Shown piece after piece: positions 27,360-38,900 of a stretch of 64,000 nucleotides of DNA. Under the pieces are notes generated by a model. The model was not told the DNA's origin, made no database searches, and worked only from the letters and a program-made list of their open reading frames with translations. Source of the stretch: Lama guanicoe. Taxonomy: Eukaryota. The stretch spans positions 12,193,325 to 12,257,324 of the forward strand of contig MU054187.1 of NCBI GenBank assembly GCA_013239625.1, in the 5' to 3' direction. Each line of letters opens with the position of its first letter. Position 1 is the stretch's first letter. A program made the translations under genes and the position numbers.

Positions 27360-28222
27360 TTTCTCAGCATCATTAATTATCAGGGAAATGTAAATGAAAG
27401 CCACAAGGAGGTATCACCTCATACCAATTAGGGCGGCCACTAGAAGAAAGCAAGTGTTGGTGAGGATGAGAAGAAACTGGAATGCTTGGGCACTGTTTGT
27501 AGGATTATAAAAATGGTGCAGACAGTATGGAACACAGTATTGAGGCTTCTCAAAAAACTAAAAACAGAACTACCAAGACACAGCAGTCCCACTTCAAATA
27601 GATACTTACGTATCCATATTCATTGCAGCATTATTCACAATGGCCAAGACGTGGAAGCAACCTTAATGTCTATGGATGGATGAGTGGATAAAGGAAATCT
27701 AGTATATACATAACAGAATATTATTCAGCCTTTAAGAAAAAGAAAATCCTGCATATGCTACAGAATGGATGAACCTTGAGGAAATTATGCTAAGTTCAAT
27801 GAGCCAACCACAAAGAGACAAATACTACATGACTCCACTTATGTGAGGTATCTAAAGTAATCAGATCCAGAAAAAACAAAAACAAAAAACAAACAAAAAG
27901 GAGGAGCTATTTCTTCATCTTTTGATTTATGCTTAGACAGGGTGTTACTCTATGGTACAAATAACATACTTTTGAATAAAAGGATTTGTGAACTTAAAAA
28001 AAATAATCAGAGTCATAGAAACAGAAAGTAGAAGGTAGCTGCCAGGGGCTGGGGAAGGGGAAATGGTGAGGCGGTCAGTACAGTTTCCACCATGCAAGAT
28101 GAAAATTTCTAGGTCTCTTGTACAACAACAGTGTGCACATAATTAATAGCACAATATTGTACACCTAAAAATTGTCAAGAGGGTAAAATTATGCTATATG
28201 TTTCTTACCACAATCAAAAAAA
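27360..28222 (+). mobile_element. L1MA/L1MB-like 3' end, interrupted by an insert of about 140 bp
   Basis: cattaattatcagggaaatgtaaat...cattgcagcattattcacaatggccaag...acagaaagtagaagg...ttcttaccacaat. Confidence 0.85.
27866..28003 (+). pseudogene. Short polyadenylated retro-insert of unknown source
   Basis: Non-L1 sequence with AATAAA at 27975-27980 and an A8 run 15 nt later; TSD aaagtaatcaga (27854-27865) / aaaataatcaga (28000-28011). Confidence 0.65.
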
Positions 28223-29861
28223 CAGAACCCAATAAACTAATCAAACCAGAAAAAAGGGCTCCTTAGAAGGACCAATTAAAACAGCTGAACATATAATAAT
28301 TTATTACTGTATAATCCAGCTCAGTCTGAAATTAACTGAACCTGAAGCACCCAGAAACACTCACTTCCCTCTTCCTCGTCCTGCCGGTACAACAGGTTGG
28401 GAAAATAGACTTATTTTCACTTGTTTAAACAAACAAACAAACAAACAAAGAATGAGTCACATTTATGCCACTTAAAAACAAAAAACAAAGAACAAAAACA
28501 GCTTAATGATTTCATCCTGCAATGATACCAGCAACTGGAAATGTAGCAACTTCAAAGCACTGTGACCTTGAAACAGTTATTTCTCCAAACAACTTTAGGA
28601 ATATGGTTTTATCCACCTGCTGATACCAAAAATGAAGACGATACAAAACTGAGATTAAACTGAGTTTTTGATAATAGTGATTCTCAAAGGGCACAGAAGA
28701 AGGAAGAGGAAAAAGAGATGAGGGAGACTGAGACAGGCATTGAAAGTAGAAGCTCCGTGAATGCTGAATGTTACGATGATACAATTTTGATGGAAAGACC
28801 AGAAAATGCTAATTTTCAGAGTGGGCTGGTATTGGAAACTGTGCTGAGTACGCTATGTGCATATTTTTAAGTTGTTAGAGGATAGAACCATACTTGTAAA
28901 ATTGTTTTACATAAAACTTAGCTCAATATTATCTGTATAAAAGTGGAAAATGTTATAATTATGAAGAAAATATGCAAATAGGTAGCAAGGATTTTATGAC
29001 TGAGTGGAGCAGGCAAAGTTTCAGGCTCACATAGCTAAATAAACAAAGATACTATTTTTTCAAAATCAGCCTCTTTAAAATGTTACATAAAAGGCAGATA
29101 AAAAACAATATGAAGTCTAAGAGGACGCATACAAAAACAGATTACAAGACATAATAATGTTCCTGGCCCTGAAGGAAAGCAGCGTATGAAGACGTCAAGA
29201 GCATATATTGGCCCTGAGCACCAAGATGCTGTTCATACTTGCCTAATACAGATATTTTTGGCACCACAAAGTCCAGTGTGTTTTTAAAAATATTATTTTC
29301 TTAATTTTTTTTCTGTAGGCAAAAATATCAAAGAAGGCAGAAAAGGACCTTAGGGGGAAAAAAAGAAAAGAAAACCCCAGGAAGAAAGCTGTCATGCTCT
29401 GTGTTTCAACTTCACAAAAGAATTCCAACTAGAGACAGCCTTTCAAATCTCTTATCATCCAGGATATGAAACTCATTTAGTGGCGTGGCCAACTGAAGCT
29501 CAAACTTAATCAAATATGCTGACGAGCCGAAACAGGAGGCGGTTCACTTCCTTACTTCTGGTTTCCAGCCTTAGTTGCTCCTCACTTGCAAATCATGATG
29601 GTCACTTGCTGTGCAAAGTACGAAAATTCCAGGGCACGGGAGGAGAATCAGTGGGCACCTTAATTGAGTTTTACAAGATGAAAAGTTACATCACCCTGCC
29701 TCACCTTAGTCTCCTCTGTCTTTAGGGAATTGCTGAATTTTATATAAAGCCTATTTATAAGCCACTGCAAGTGATACCTGCATTCATCTTGCCTTGTGAC
29801 ATCATCATCTCATCAATAATTTAAGCGTAAGAAATGGATTAAAGGGACTCTGAAGGGTGCA

Positions 29862-29897
29862 GCGCTGGTGGTATAGTGGTGAGCATAGCTGCCTTCC
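29862..29897 (+). pseudogene. 5'-half tRNA-Gly(TCC) tailless retropseudogene
   Basis: GCGCTGGTGGTATAGTGGTGAGCATAGCTGCCTTCC matches the 5' 36 nt of vertebrate tRNA-Gly-TCC as recalled (one mismatch) and ends at the anticodon. Flanked by identical AAAGGGACTCTGAAGGG at 29841-29857 and 29898-29914; no poly(A). Confidence 0.92.
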
Positions 29898-29980
29898 AAA
29901 GGGACTCTGAAGGGACTTCTCTCACACACAGAAAAACAGAAAAAACTAAACCGTCCAAAATATTAATTCAGTCCTCTTAC

Positions 29981-30153
29981 CTTGTTCTTTGATCTGACGA
30001 ATTTGCTTCACAGTTTCTTTTAAGATTGCACATTTGTCAGGTTTGAAGTTAAAGTTGTCTATATCATTAAAATTAGCAAAAATCAACTCTGCAAGTTCTT
30101 CAATGTATTTATTTTCCTGTTCACGATTACGTTTCTCAGTGCTCCTTTTGGGG
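29981..30153 (-). CDS. NCOA2: NCOA2 coding exon (173 nt, exon 4 equivalent), b[60 protein letters not shown]
   Basis: Contained in ORF 29946..30224(-). Acceptor tttttag|CCCC, donor CAAG|gtaaga. Classic p160 bHLH sequence. Confidence 0.98.
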
Positions 30154-31849
30154 CTAAAAAGAAAAAACATTTTTATTATGAGTCTGAAAAGAGCTATTAT
30201 GAAAAAGATAGACATGCTAAACATGTTCTAACACAAAGACAGCAAAAAAGAAAGTTACTTATATGAGCAGAGAAATACTTTGGGGGAAAAAACCCAAATA
30301 TGCTTTAAGTATTGCATTTTTTTTTGAAATTAAACTTAACCTCAGTTTGTAATTATACTTACTGGTGTGATCATTTGTTCAATGTGTTTAATGCCTCCCA
30401 CTGGATTTCTCAATGACAAGGATCAGAATGATTTGTTCACAACTGTCCTTAATGCAATGCTTGGTGTAAACAGGCATCAAACTTATCGTTGAATGAATAA
30501 AGAAAAGTTTTAGAAAAGGAAGGGAGTTAATGCTTATAAAAACTTATTTAAGATTAGTAAAAGAAGGGAAGTGAACCTAGTTATAATAGGAATAAACAGA
30601 CTTCAATGATTTTTGATAAAGCATAACAAAATAATGAAAATAAATATTTATAATTTCATAGCCGTCTTTAGGATGTTAGTAATCAAACCTAACAGCCTTT
30701 TAAGTTAATGTTAAAAACCACAGTGCAGCTAGAAACAAAAGCGAAACTGACCCAGCGGTTTGTTAACTGTCCGAGCTGAATGACATGTGAAATATAAACA
30801 AATGGCCCAAGTTCAACTCAAGTTTTAAAATGTTAACAGAAGGGAGGGAAAAATAAAAATTGGCAAGATCTCATTTGAGTTGGACAAAACAGCTAAGTCA
30901 AAAGCTCCCTTTAACGATTTCAGCGTACAATTTTTTTCCCAGGGTAGAGGGCCTGCCGAATGACATTGAAATAATACAATAAATAACAAAAGCGAGCTGT
31001 TTAATGTTTCTTTTGTTTAGCAGCTTTCTTTGTATGTAATACCAGTTTATAAAATTTTGTAATTTGTAACAGACTTTCATATGTTTGCCTCTAAACATTA
31101 GTTTTATTTTCAAAAACTAATAAACCTAAGGATGCAATTTCTCCATTGTATAGGGGTTACATGATTCGTGTGACTGACGAGTAGAGCAGGGGCCAGAACG
31201 GGGTTTTGCCAAGTCTTGTTTTCACCCCTGGCTTCTACTTTATTAAATCCAGGGAAGGCGGGGCAGGGGCTGCCATACTTGGAGGAGCCAAGTTCCCATC
31301 CTGGATTCTTCAACCCCTTCCCCACCCTGCCAGCTGTCCCCTCATGAAAGATAACAAATAGATGACAAATGGGTGAGAAAGGGGAAGTGTGTTCCAAAGA
31401 CCCGAAGGCACTGGGGGCGGAGCTGTGCCCCCTGGGCAGCACCAGAGCATCAGGGAGATAACAGCCTCCCCTCCAGCGGTGCCGCCTCGGCCAGGGCCGC
31501 TGGGCACCGAGGGCAGCGTGACACTGAGCTGAGGCTGGCCGAGGTGCACCAGGGAACCCAGGGGCTGGAGCCACGGCTGGGGAGCTAGGGTTGGGGCTGT
31601 GGTGTGGACAGTGGCCATTTCATCCACTTGTTTTGCTTGGCAACTAGAGGGGTAAAGGGAATAGCTTTCTGGTCTTTCTCTTCCTCCCCCCCCCCCTTAG
31701 TGACTCTTCCTCGTCCTCTTCCCTTCTGTTCCCTCATCTGATCTTCCTACCGGCCATTCAACAGAAGTTGCTGTTTAACTTTAAAAATCACTTACATGAT
31801 TTAAATCATCAAAAGAGTGAAGTCTCTCTTCTACCTCCGTTCCCTGTTT

Positions 31850-32340
31850 AGCCTTGTTCTCAACCTCCTAAATGGGCAACAACTCTTGTGCTTCTTAATT
31901 ATCCTAAAACAACATCTAGATCTTATTTTCTTCCTTTTCTGTACAAATGATAGTACGCTGTAAACATTTTCTAAACTTCTGCCTTTTCTCCACAACAACA
32001 TTCTCCAGAGATTGTAAAATACCAGTCCATAAAGAGCATCGTTCTTCTTTCTCAGAGCTGTACTGTGTTCCAGGTTGTGGGTGTATCGTAGCTTCTTAAA
32101 TAGTTCCTTACATTTAGGTTTTTCCTAATCTTTTGCACTATAAGCAACGCTGTAATGAGTAACCTCAGACATACGTCATTCTGCACGTGTGAAAGTATAT
32201 TGTCCGAAAATTCCTAGGAGTGGAAGTGCTAGTTCAAAGAGGATATGCATTATAATTAACAGATAGTGTGACACTGCTCAATTAGCCCTCATGGAGGTTA
32301 TGACAACTCACACTTCCACCCATGATATACCACAGGGAAC
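31850..32340 (-). mobile_element. Old L1 (L1ME-like) fragment, antisense
   Basis: catttaggtttttcctaatcttttgcacta..aagcaacgctgtaatga...aaattcctaggagtggaagtgctagttcaaagagg. Confidence 0.65.
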
Positions 32341-32816
32341 TTGTTTTAAAATTACTTGTTTTATTTGCCGAAGAGCCACAATTGTTGTCGCTAACTCAAA
32401 AGCAAGGGAATTTAACACTTCATTTCTTGCTCTTAAAAAAAAGAGAAAAGAAAAGAAAAGAAAAATCTCTTTTTTTCTATGGGATCTCTTGTCTTTATGA
32501 CATTCTATGAGCAATCAGAAATGAAAATGTGAAGAATTCAAGATTATAGGATAAACTGGTTTTAGGAGTCAAAGTACACAGGGGACTCAGAAGAAGTATG
32601 TAGCTTTCCTCTTCTTATAAAGAATAATAAAATTTGTAACGTATTAGCATCTCTAAAATGTATGCTACAAAATACATATTCAGAGGCTTGACAGTTAAGG
32701 AGAAAAGCAAAACCCAGCATCTAAATCAGGTGTAAAATCAACACGCTAGAATATAAAAGACGCGCGTGTGGGGCTGTCATGGGCAATACCGGCTGTGTTC
32801 TCAGCAAGAATCTCAC

Positions 32817-32902
32817 CTGGGTCCAAGCTGGTCAGGACATTCCTTGCGCTTTCTTGTCTCTGCCCTAGATGGGTCAGAGGTATTTTCTCCCATCCCACTC
32901 AT
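32817..32902 (-). CDS. NCOA2: NCOA2 first coding segment (86 nt of a 105-nt exon, 32921-32817): [29 protein letters not shown]
   Basis: Read manually. ATG at 32902, acceptor ctgtttcag|TTGCTG at 32922/32921 giving 19 nt of 5' UTR, donor CCAG|gtgaga. Phase 2 joins the next exon in frame. Contains the basic RKRK NLS-like motif. Confidence 0.97.
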
Positions 32903-32913
32903 CTTGAACACAT
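32899..32913 (-). promoter_or_regulatory. 4-codon upstream ORF (MCSR*) whose stop overlaps the NCOA2 start codon
   Basis: Minus strand reads GAT ATG TGT TCA AGA TGA, and the main ATG is the A-TG of AGA-TGA. Function is not demonstrated. Confidence 0.6.
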
Positions 32914-35900
32914 ATCAGCAACTGAAACAGAAAACAAGTGAAAAGAGCTGATGATAAAGTACCCGATCAATTTACCGACGGTAAAAACACTTTGACTTTA
33001 ATCACAAACTTGATGACAGTAATGAACAGACTGTTTTGATTTATGTGTATGTATAATTCCTAATGAAAGGGCTGTATTTTTTTAACCTTAAGTTAGGCAA
33101 ATGTAATGTTTAACAATTAAAAAACAAACAAGCCTACCTCACTGGGCCCACTCTTTGAACAGGAGCTGTATTTCAACAGCACCCTGAGCGACACCTGCTA
33201 GCCCTGCGGTTCTGCGGCCAGCCTCCGGTCTCAGGAGCGAGCTGGCACCATGTGGGAGCTGCAGGTGCTGTGAGGGGCTCCTCCCAGTCTCTGTTTTGGG
33301 TTGGCCAATGTCAAGTCTGTGCTGCAACCACTCACCCGTGAGGAACAGCCCCGGGAAGAGGCCGGGCCCTGCCACCCCCATCCTGGTGGGCAATACTCCT
33401 CAAACAGAGGACCTTTCCACCTCCCTGGGGGTCTCCCGGGCCCTCCTCTGCTGCAGCAGCTGCTCACTGTCCCACCTCAGGTCCCTCTCTCCTCGGCAGC
33501 TCCCCATGAACACATCCCTCTGCTGTGGCTTCCTCTCTCACATCCTGCCGCCCCGCCTCTCCCTCCCTGAGCTGATTCTAGCTGCTGTCACCAGGGGTCT
33601 TAAGATGCACTCAGATGATGAGGAACATGACTGACCCTAATGGAAGAGGCCGACTACTGGCTCCTGCTCGCTGAATTCCTTTTGGTAAGAAAATAAAAGG
33701 ACATATCCTAAGAGAATCAATGTGTTCACATTGGTCATTATTAGTGGCATCAAAATAAAATTTAATATGCAAAGAACAAGAGTGATAGAGGTTTAAGTTC
33801 CAAAAGAACTAAGCAAAGGGGCTAACAAAGATCTCGAGGAAATGGAAGACGGTCTTACTCAAAGGGCTTCATAATTGCTTAGCAAAAGGAAAACCACACA
33901 GCCCAAAAAGTTGAGGTCAGCACAGAGCTGAGCCACTTCCCCCTTCCTGCTGTTCCCGAGGCTGCGAACATCTCCTTCTCCCTCCTTCCCTTTCTGTAGT
34001 GGAAAATCAGAGGGAAGTGTGCATCAGGAGAAGGTTAAGGACTTACGGAAGATGCCAAGGAGTAAGGGGCTCATCAAGAGCGAGGCCAGAGGGGAAGGTG
34101 GGCCGAGGGGGCGCCATGCAGGATGCAGGGCAGCGGCCCTGTCACACCCGCCTGGCTGCCCGCTGCTCCCCAGGCTGGGATCTGGGCGCTCAGTCCCGCT
34201 ACTCTCATGTCTTCTGGCCTCAACTCTGATCAAGGGGGCAGGGGGATTACACTGTTTCTAGAAGTCACATGTGAGGAGGATGAAGAAACGCCGTCATCGG
34301 TTAAGGGAGGTGGCACCAACTGCACATTCTATTCAACAGGTCACATCAGGAGGGGACAATTCTGAAAGCTAATGCCGGAGCTTCCTGCCTCTGGGAGCAA
34401 TGTAACGAAGCCCCAAGGCCTGTGCTGTGCTCACAGTTCAGGGCTGATAAGTATAATCTGTATTTAGTTGCATTCACTTAGTATTTACTCTACACCAAGC
34501 AATTTATAGATATAATTTAATCAACAAAAACCAGACTATGAGAAGCAATAGGGCAAAGGAGCCAGTACACACACACTCACTCCACTGCTTGGTTAAGTTG
34601 TGGGACCTTAAAAAGCTACCTCAATGCTTCAGTGACTTCTGTAAAGTGGGGATGTAATCATTAGCACCTACAGCTCATAGCTGTTGAACAGATCAGCAAA
34701 GGGCAAAACTGGGATTCGTACACAGGCTGACACACTCGACTCCTAACTACAGAGTTATGGTGAAGGGTTGCCTCATTGAAACAGCCCTTCTTCCTCCAAT
34801 GGCAGAGTCACAGGGCAGGTGGGAGAAGCAGGAGGATCTGGACTGCGTGGCTCCAGTGCCTGCCTGGCTCTCCCCACCACTGAAGTGTCACTGATTCATT
34901 CAAAGACTGCCTGCCTGCCAGTCAAGTCAGCCTCAGCGTGTGAGGACCATCAGAAGGAATGCTGTTGTCCAGAAAAAAAAAAACAACAACAAAAAACAAC
35001 AAGGTGAGAGGAGAGAGCAATTTTATGTAGGAGTAACTCCAATAAGGAAAAACAGGTGAAGGTATCACTCAACTGCCACACACTCCTCTGTGCTGTGAGA
35101 ACGGAGAAGGAAGAACACTGTGGGGGTGGGGAGGGGAACCAGCCCACGGCAGGAGGTAAGGATGGGGGTGGGGTGGAGCAAAACCTCCAACAGCAGAACC
35201 CTTCTCAGCCGATACCTTACAAACGTTCATTGCCAGTATTTCTCTTGGAACCACAATTCTCATGGCTTCACTCATGGGTATGTGAGAAAAAAAACATGAC
35301 TCACCCCATCTGAGTGAGGTCTCAACAAATGACCTAGGAATTTTCACCCTGGAAGCAGCTTTCTATAAATCATAAGAATTTAAGTAAATTTTTATCATCA
35401 GAATAGAACTCTGTCTATAACAAAATGTCCTATAGAGTAGGCCTATGTGACAAGGTTGCTGATAAAAATAGCTGTGCATGTAAAAGCATAGCATTATCAG
35501 GAAGACAATTAAAACAAGTGACTGCTGTACTTAAAATCAGTTTTGGGTTTAACATTAGCATTAGCATCATCCACCTTTATTTTTCCCAAAATATATCTCG
35601 AGTAACTAGTCTGTATGAAAGGACGAAGGCTGACGGGTTTCAGCAAAGTGACTGGACAGAGGTGAGGAGCGAGGCCAGGAGCTCTCGGTTTCTGTCCCAA
35701 GCACAGTAAAGCCACTTGAGCGCTTTATTTCTGACTTGTATCTGCTCGAGGCTGGCTTACAAACCACTGCATTCGCAGCTTTGAAACAGCATTAATTTCC
35801 TCTTGAAGTAAGTTATTTAAATGCCAAGTTTTCCCTTTTATTATTGTGGGATAGTACCTTAAAGACATTTCCTCAAAACCTAAAAATTTCAGCTTTTCAA

Positions 35901-38900
35901 ACATTCTTGCTTCCTTGTTTTTTCTGTGTCTGCCCCATATGTCCTCTTTTCTGAGCAACTTTCCTGGGCTACGTATGCCCGGGACACACTGCCAACTAAC
36001 CTTTAAACCACCAAAGGGGGGAAAAAGGAGAAGGGGTCTGTAGTAATTGGCCAAGTTGGGGACAGGCAGATCTGCTGACCACAGCCATGAGGCTGGGGAT
36101 GCCCCTATGAATCACTGCTCATTAACCAGGAGAGAAAAGACAGACTCTCCAAAAGAAAAGGAAAGAGTGACTTTAGTGTTGGAACAGGGAGAGAAGGAGG
36201 GTGTGGAAGGTGGTGACAGGCAGGCGACACTGACTCCTGAGTGCCTCTCTCCTGCCAGCCACGGGGCCAGAGGCAGATGCCACCCCAGAGCACACATGCG
36301 GCTTTATGCCCCGTTCCTCAGTGGATGAACCAAACAAATGACAGGAACCTCATTAGTGAGGTGCTCTAGCTGAGACCCCTCCAACTGACATTCTTAGTGC
36401 CCCGTGGAGGATCAGCTGGCAGCAAGTGCGTGTTTCTCCGAGAAGGAAGGTGGGGTGGGGTGGCGGGAGGAGGGGGGCTGCAAAGTCCATTTTTTCCCAC
36501 CAAAGTGACACAGATAAAAACCAGAGGCAGATACATAGATAGATCTATGGCTTCCAGTGTGCATGAACACACAGAAAAAGCACCTAAAATAAACCGTATA
36601 GATACCTAGATGAGTTTTAATGCATTCTTGTAGATCCAAGTTAAATATTAATTTCCATTGAAAAGGAAGGAGATGGAGAATACTGAAGGGCAGCATCGAA
36701 GGTTTAGAAAGTTAACTTTGTGAGCTAGGCCTAACATGTCTGCGTGTTTTCAACATTCACATGAAATTAAAATCACTGAGCATTTCACTCTGAATTCTGA
36801 AACGTTCAGTGTAAATCACAGACTGAAAATGACACAAGTAAACTCCCTGCATCGTATCTGATGGTAATTACAGTCACTGAGAACAAGCCAGTGTCTCTGA
36901 TGCTGGGGGGCAGGGGTGAGGGTGGAGGTGGGATGGGGGGGTGGCGAAAGGACAGACTGGAAAAGGAGTTTCAGTATGTCCATTCTTGTTATCTGGACCC
37001 GAACAATGGTCCTGCTTTCACGGCACATCCTCCCCTTACATCCTCTGATATCAGCTCGTACAAACCAGACAGCAGAGGAAAAATTTACAGCCACAAGAAC
37101 TGATGTCTTATTTTCTTAAAGTAACAACAATCCGGGAGGGGGGGGGGCCGGTGTGAACAATGCCAGTTAAATCCTTAGCATAATAAAAGAAAGCAAAATA
37201 AAGTGTTAAACCTCAACACAACTAAAAAAAAAAAATGCACTCTTGCATGAAATTCATCCATACAACTTACAAGGTAACAAAGCTATTGCTCACAATACAG
37301 CCTCATACCATTAACACTAATCATCCAGGATTCATGTAAACAATAATGTGCATTTTATCTTTTATCAGTACTGGCCACCTTCCAAACAAAGCCTGTAAAA
37401 CTGCCAAATTTATTATATGCTGAACAAATTCAGTTAAAGAATAAATAAGGATAATACTATTGCTGAAATCCAAACATACTAACTGATCAAACATTAGATC
37501 CCTATGGCTAGTTCCAAGAAATACCTTTTAAAAGTGAGGCCTGCTCTGAAGTTCCTTATTTTGAGATGAAATTTACAATGAAATGACATACAAAGCTGTT
37601 GAAACAACTTTAATTATCAACGCCTGCGTGAGGAGGAGCTGCCTGATAAATTACCTAGGTCTTGATACGAGACCAGAGTGGCCCGAGAGCTTCCAAGGCC
37701 TTCCAGGTTCTTCCTGCACTCCCCTCACAGATACGCAGATACGTGAACGGTTGTAATGTGGGGTCTGATTCAACAAACGTTGTAATACTATGAAATACTC
37801 AAGTAATACTAAATGTGTACACACGTTTTCACTTAAACGCTTTTCTATTTAGTCTATTAGATTAATTAGGAAAGGACAATCCCGTAGAGCTCCCCATGGC
37901 TCAGAAGTCCACGCCAAAAGTTAGATGTATGCACTATTTCTTTATCACAAGTAAAAACATTTGCTCATTCAAAACTGGAAACAATTTCTCCCTCAGAGTA
38001 TACTGTGTTCCAGGAGGGTCCTTTTATTTAACAACAGCAAAGTTTCTGGGCCAGATTCTGGTAAGTCTAAAACACCCCCACAGTATCTAATGTTAAAAAA
38101 ATACAAAATATGCTTTTATGATGTAGATGCCTGAGAAAGATGGAAAATAAAGAGTGAGCAAATCCTTGCACGTCAGTAAGATGCTGCAGCAGAAAAGACG
38201 TGGAACTCACAGGAGGGCCCATTACTGCTTTTTTTTTTAAAAATGTTTTACTGGATGGATGGATTGATTGAAATACCACTTTCCAAACAATGTCAACTAA
38301 ACCCAAATTACCCAAAGCAAACGATATTTTGGCAAGACACCAACTTTTGGCAAGAGTTAAATAAATATTTTGTGCAGCAAATACACAGATTATATGCACA
38401 GATATGTTTTTGTTTCATACAAACCACACGTGCAAATACAACTAAGGAGAACTACGCAGACTTACTGAATGCGGGGATGAGGGCACATGGAAAATTCCAA
38501 TCTTCTCTTCCCACTGGCAAAACAGGCAATGCATTTAACACAGTGATAGAAGATGCTAGTCCATATTTCAAAAACACATTTTAGTTATTGGTAAAATGGT
38601 ATTTTTCCCAAAGTGTTATTACTCTTCACCAAGATCATAGGAACACTTTTAACTCCAACTTTATATAACATTACTTGGCTTCTTGCTTTTCATACAACAT
38701 TTTCATTTACCCCACATATTAGAATGTTTATGTTACAGAGTGAGACTCAAAAAAAAAACTGTACACTAAATCATCAGAGACAATAGTTAAGTTGCAAAGT
38801 TTTAGGAAACTCACTTCATATAAATCCACAATAAAGGGCTTCTTACGGGAAACAAATTCTCAGTTTAACTCCACTACTTTTGAGCAAATTACTGTATATT

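Noticed and set aside
29862..29899. Functional tRNA-Gly gene
   Set aside because: The 3' half, B box and terminator are absent; it is a retroposed fragment.
31110..31627. Overlapping 105-154 aa ORFs
   Set aside because: Pro/Gly/Ala-rich translations of a GC-rich intron segment, open in several frames, with no domain.
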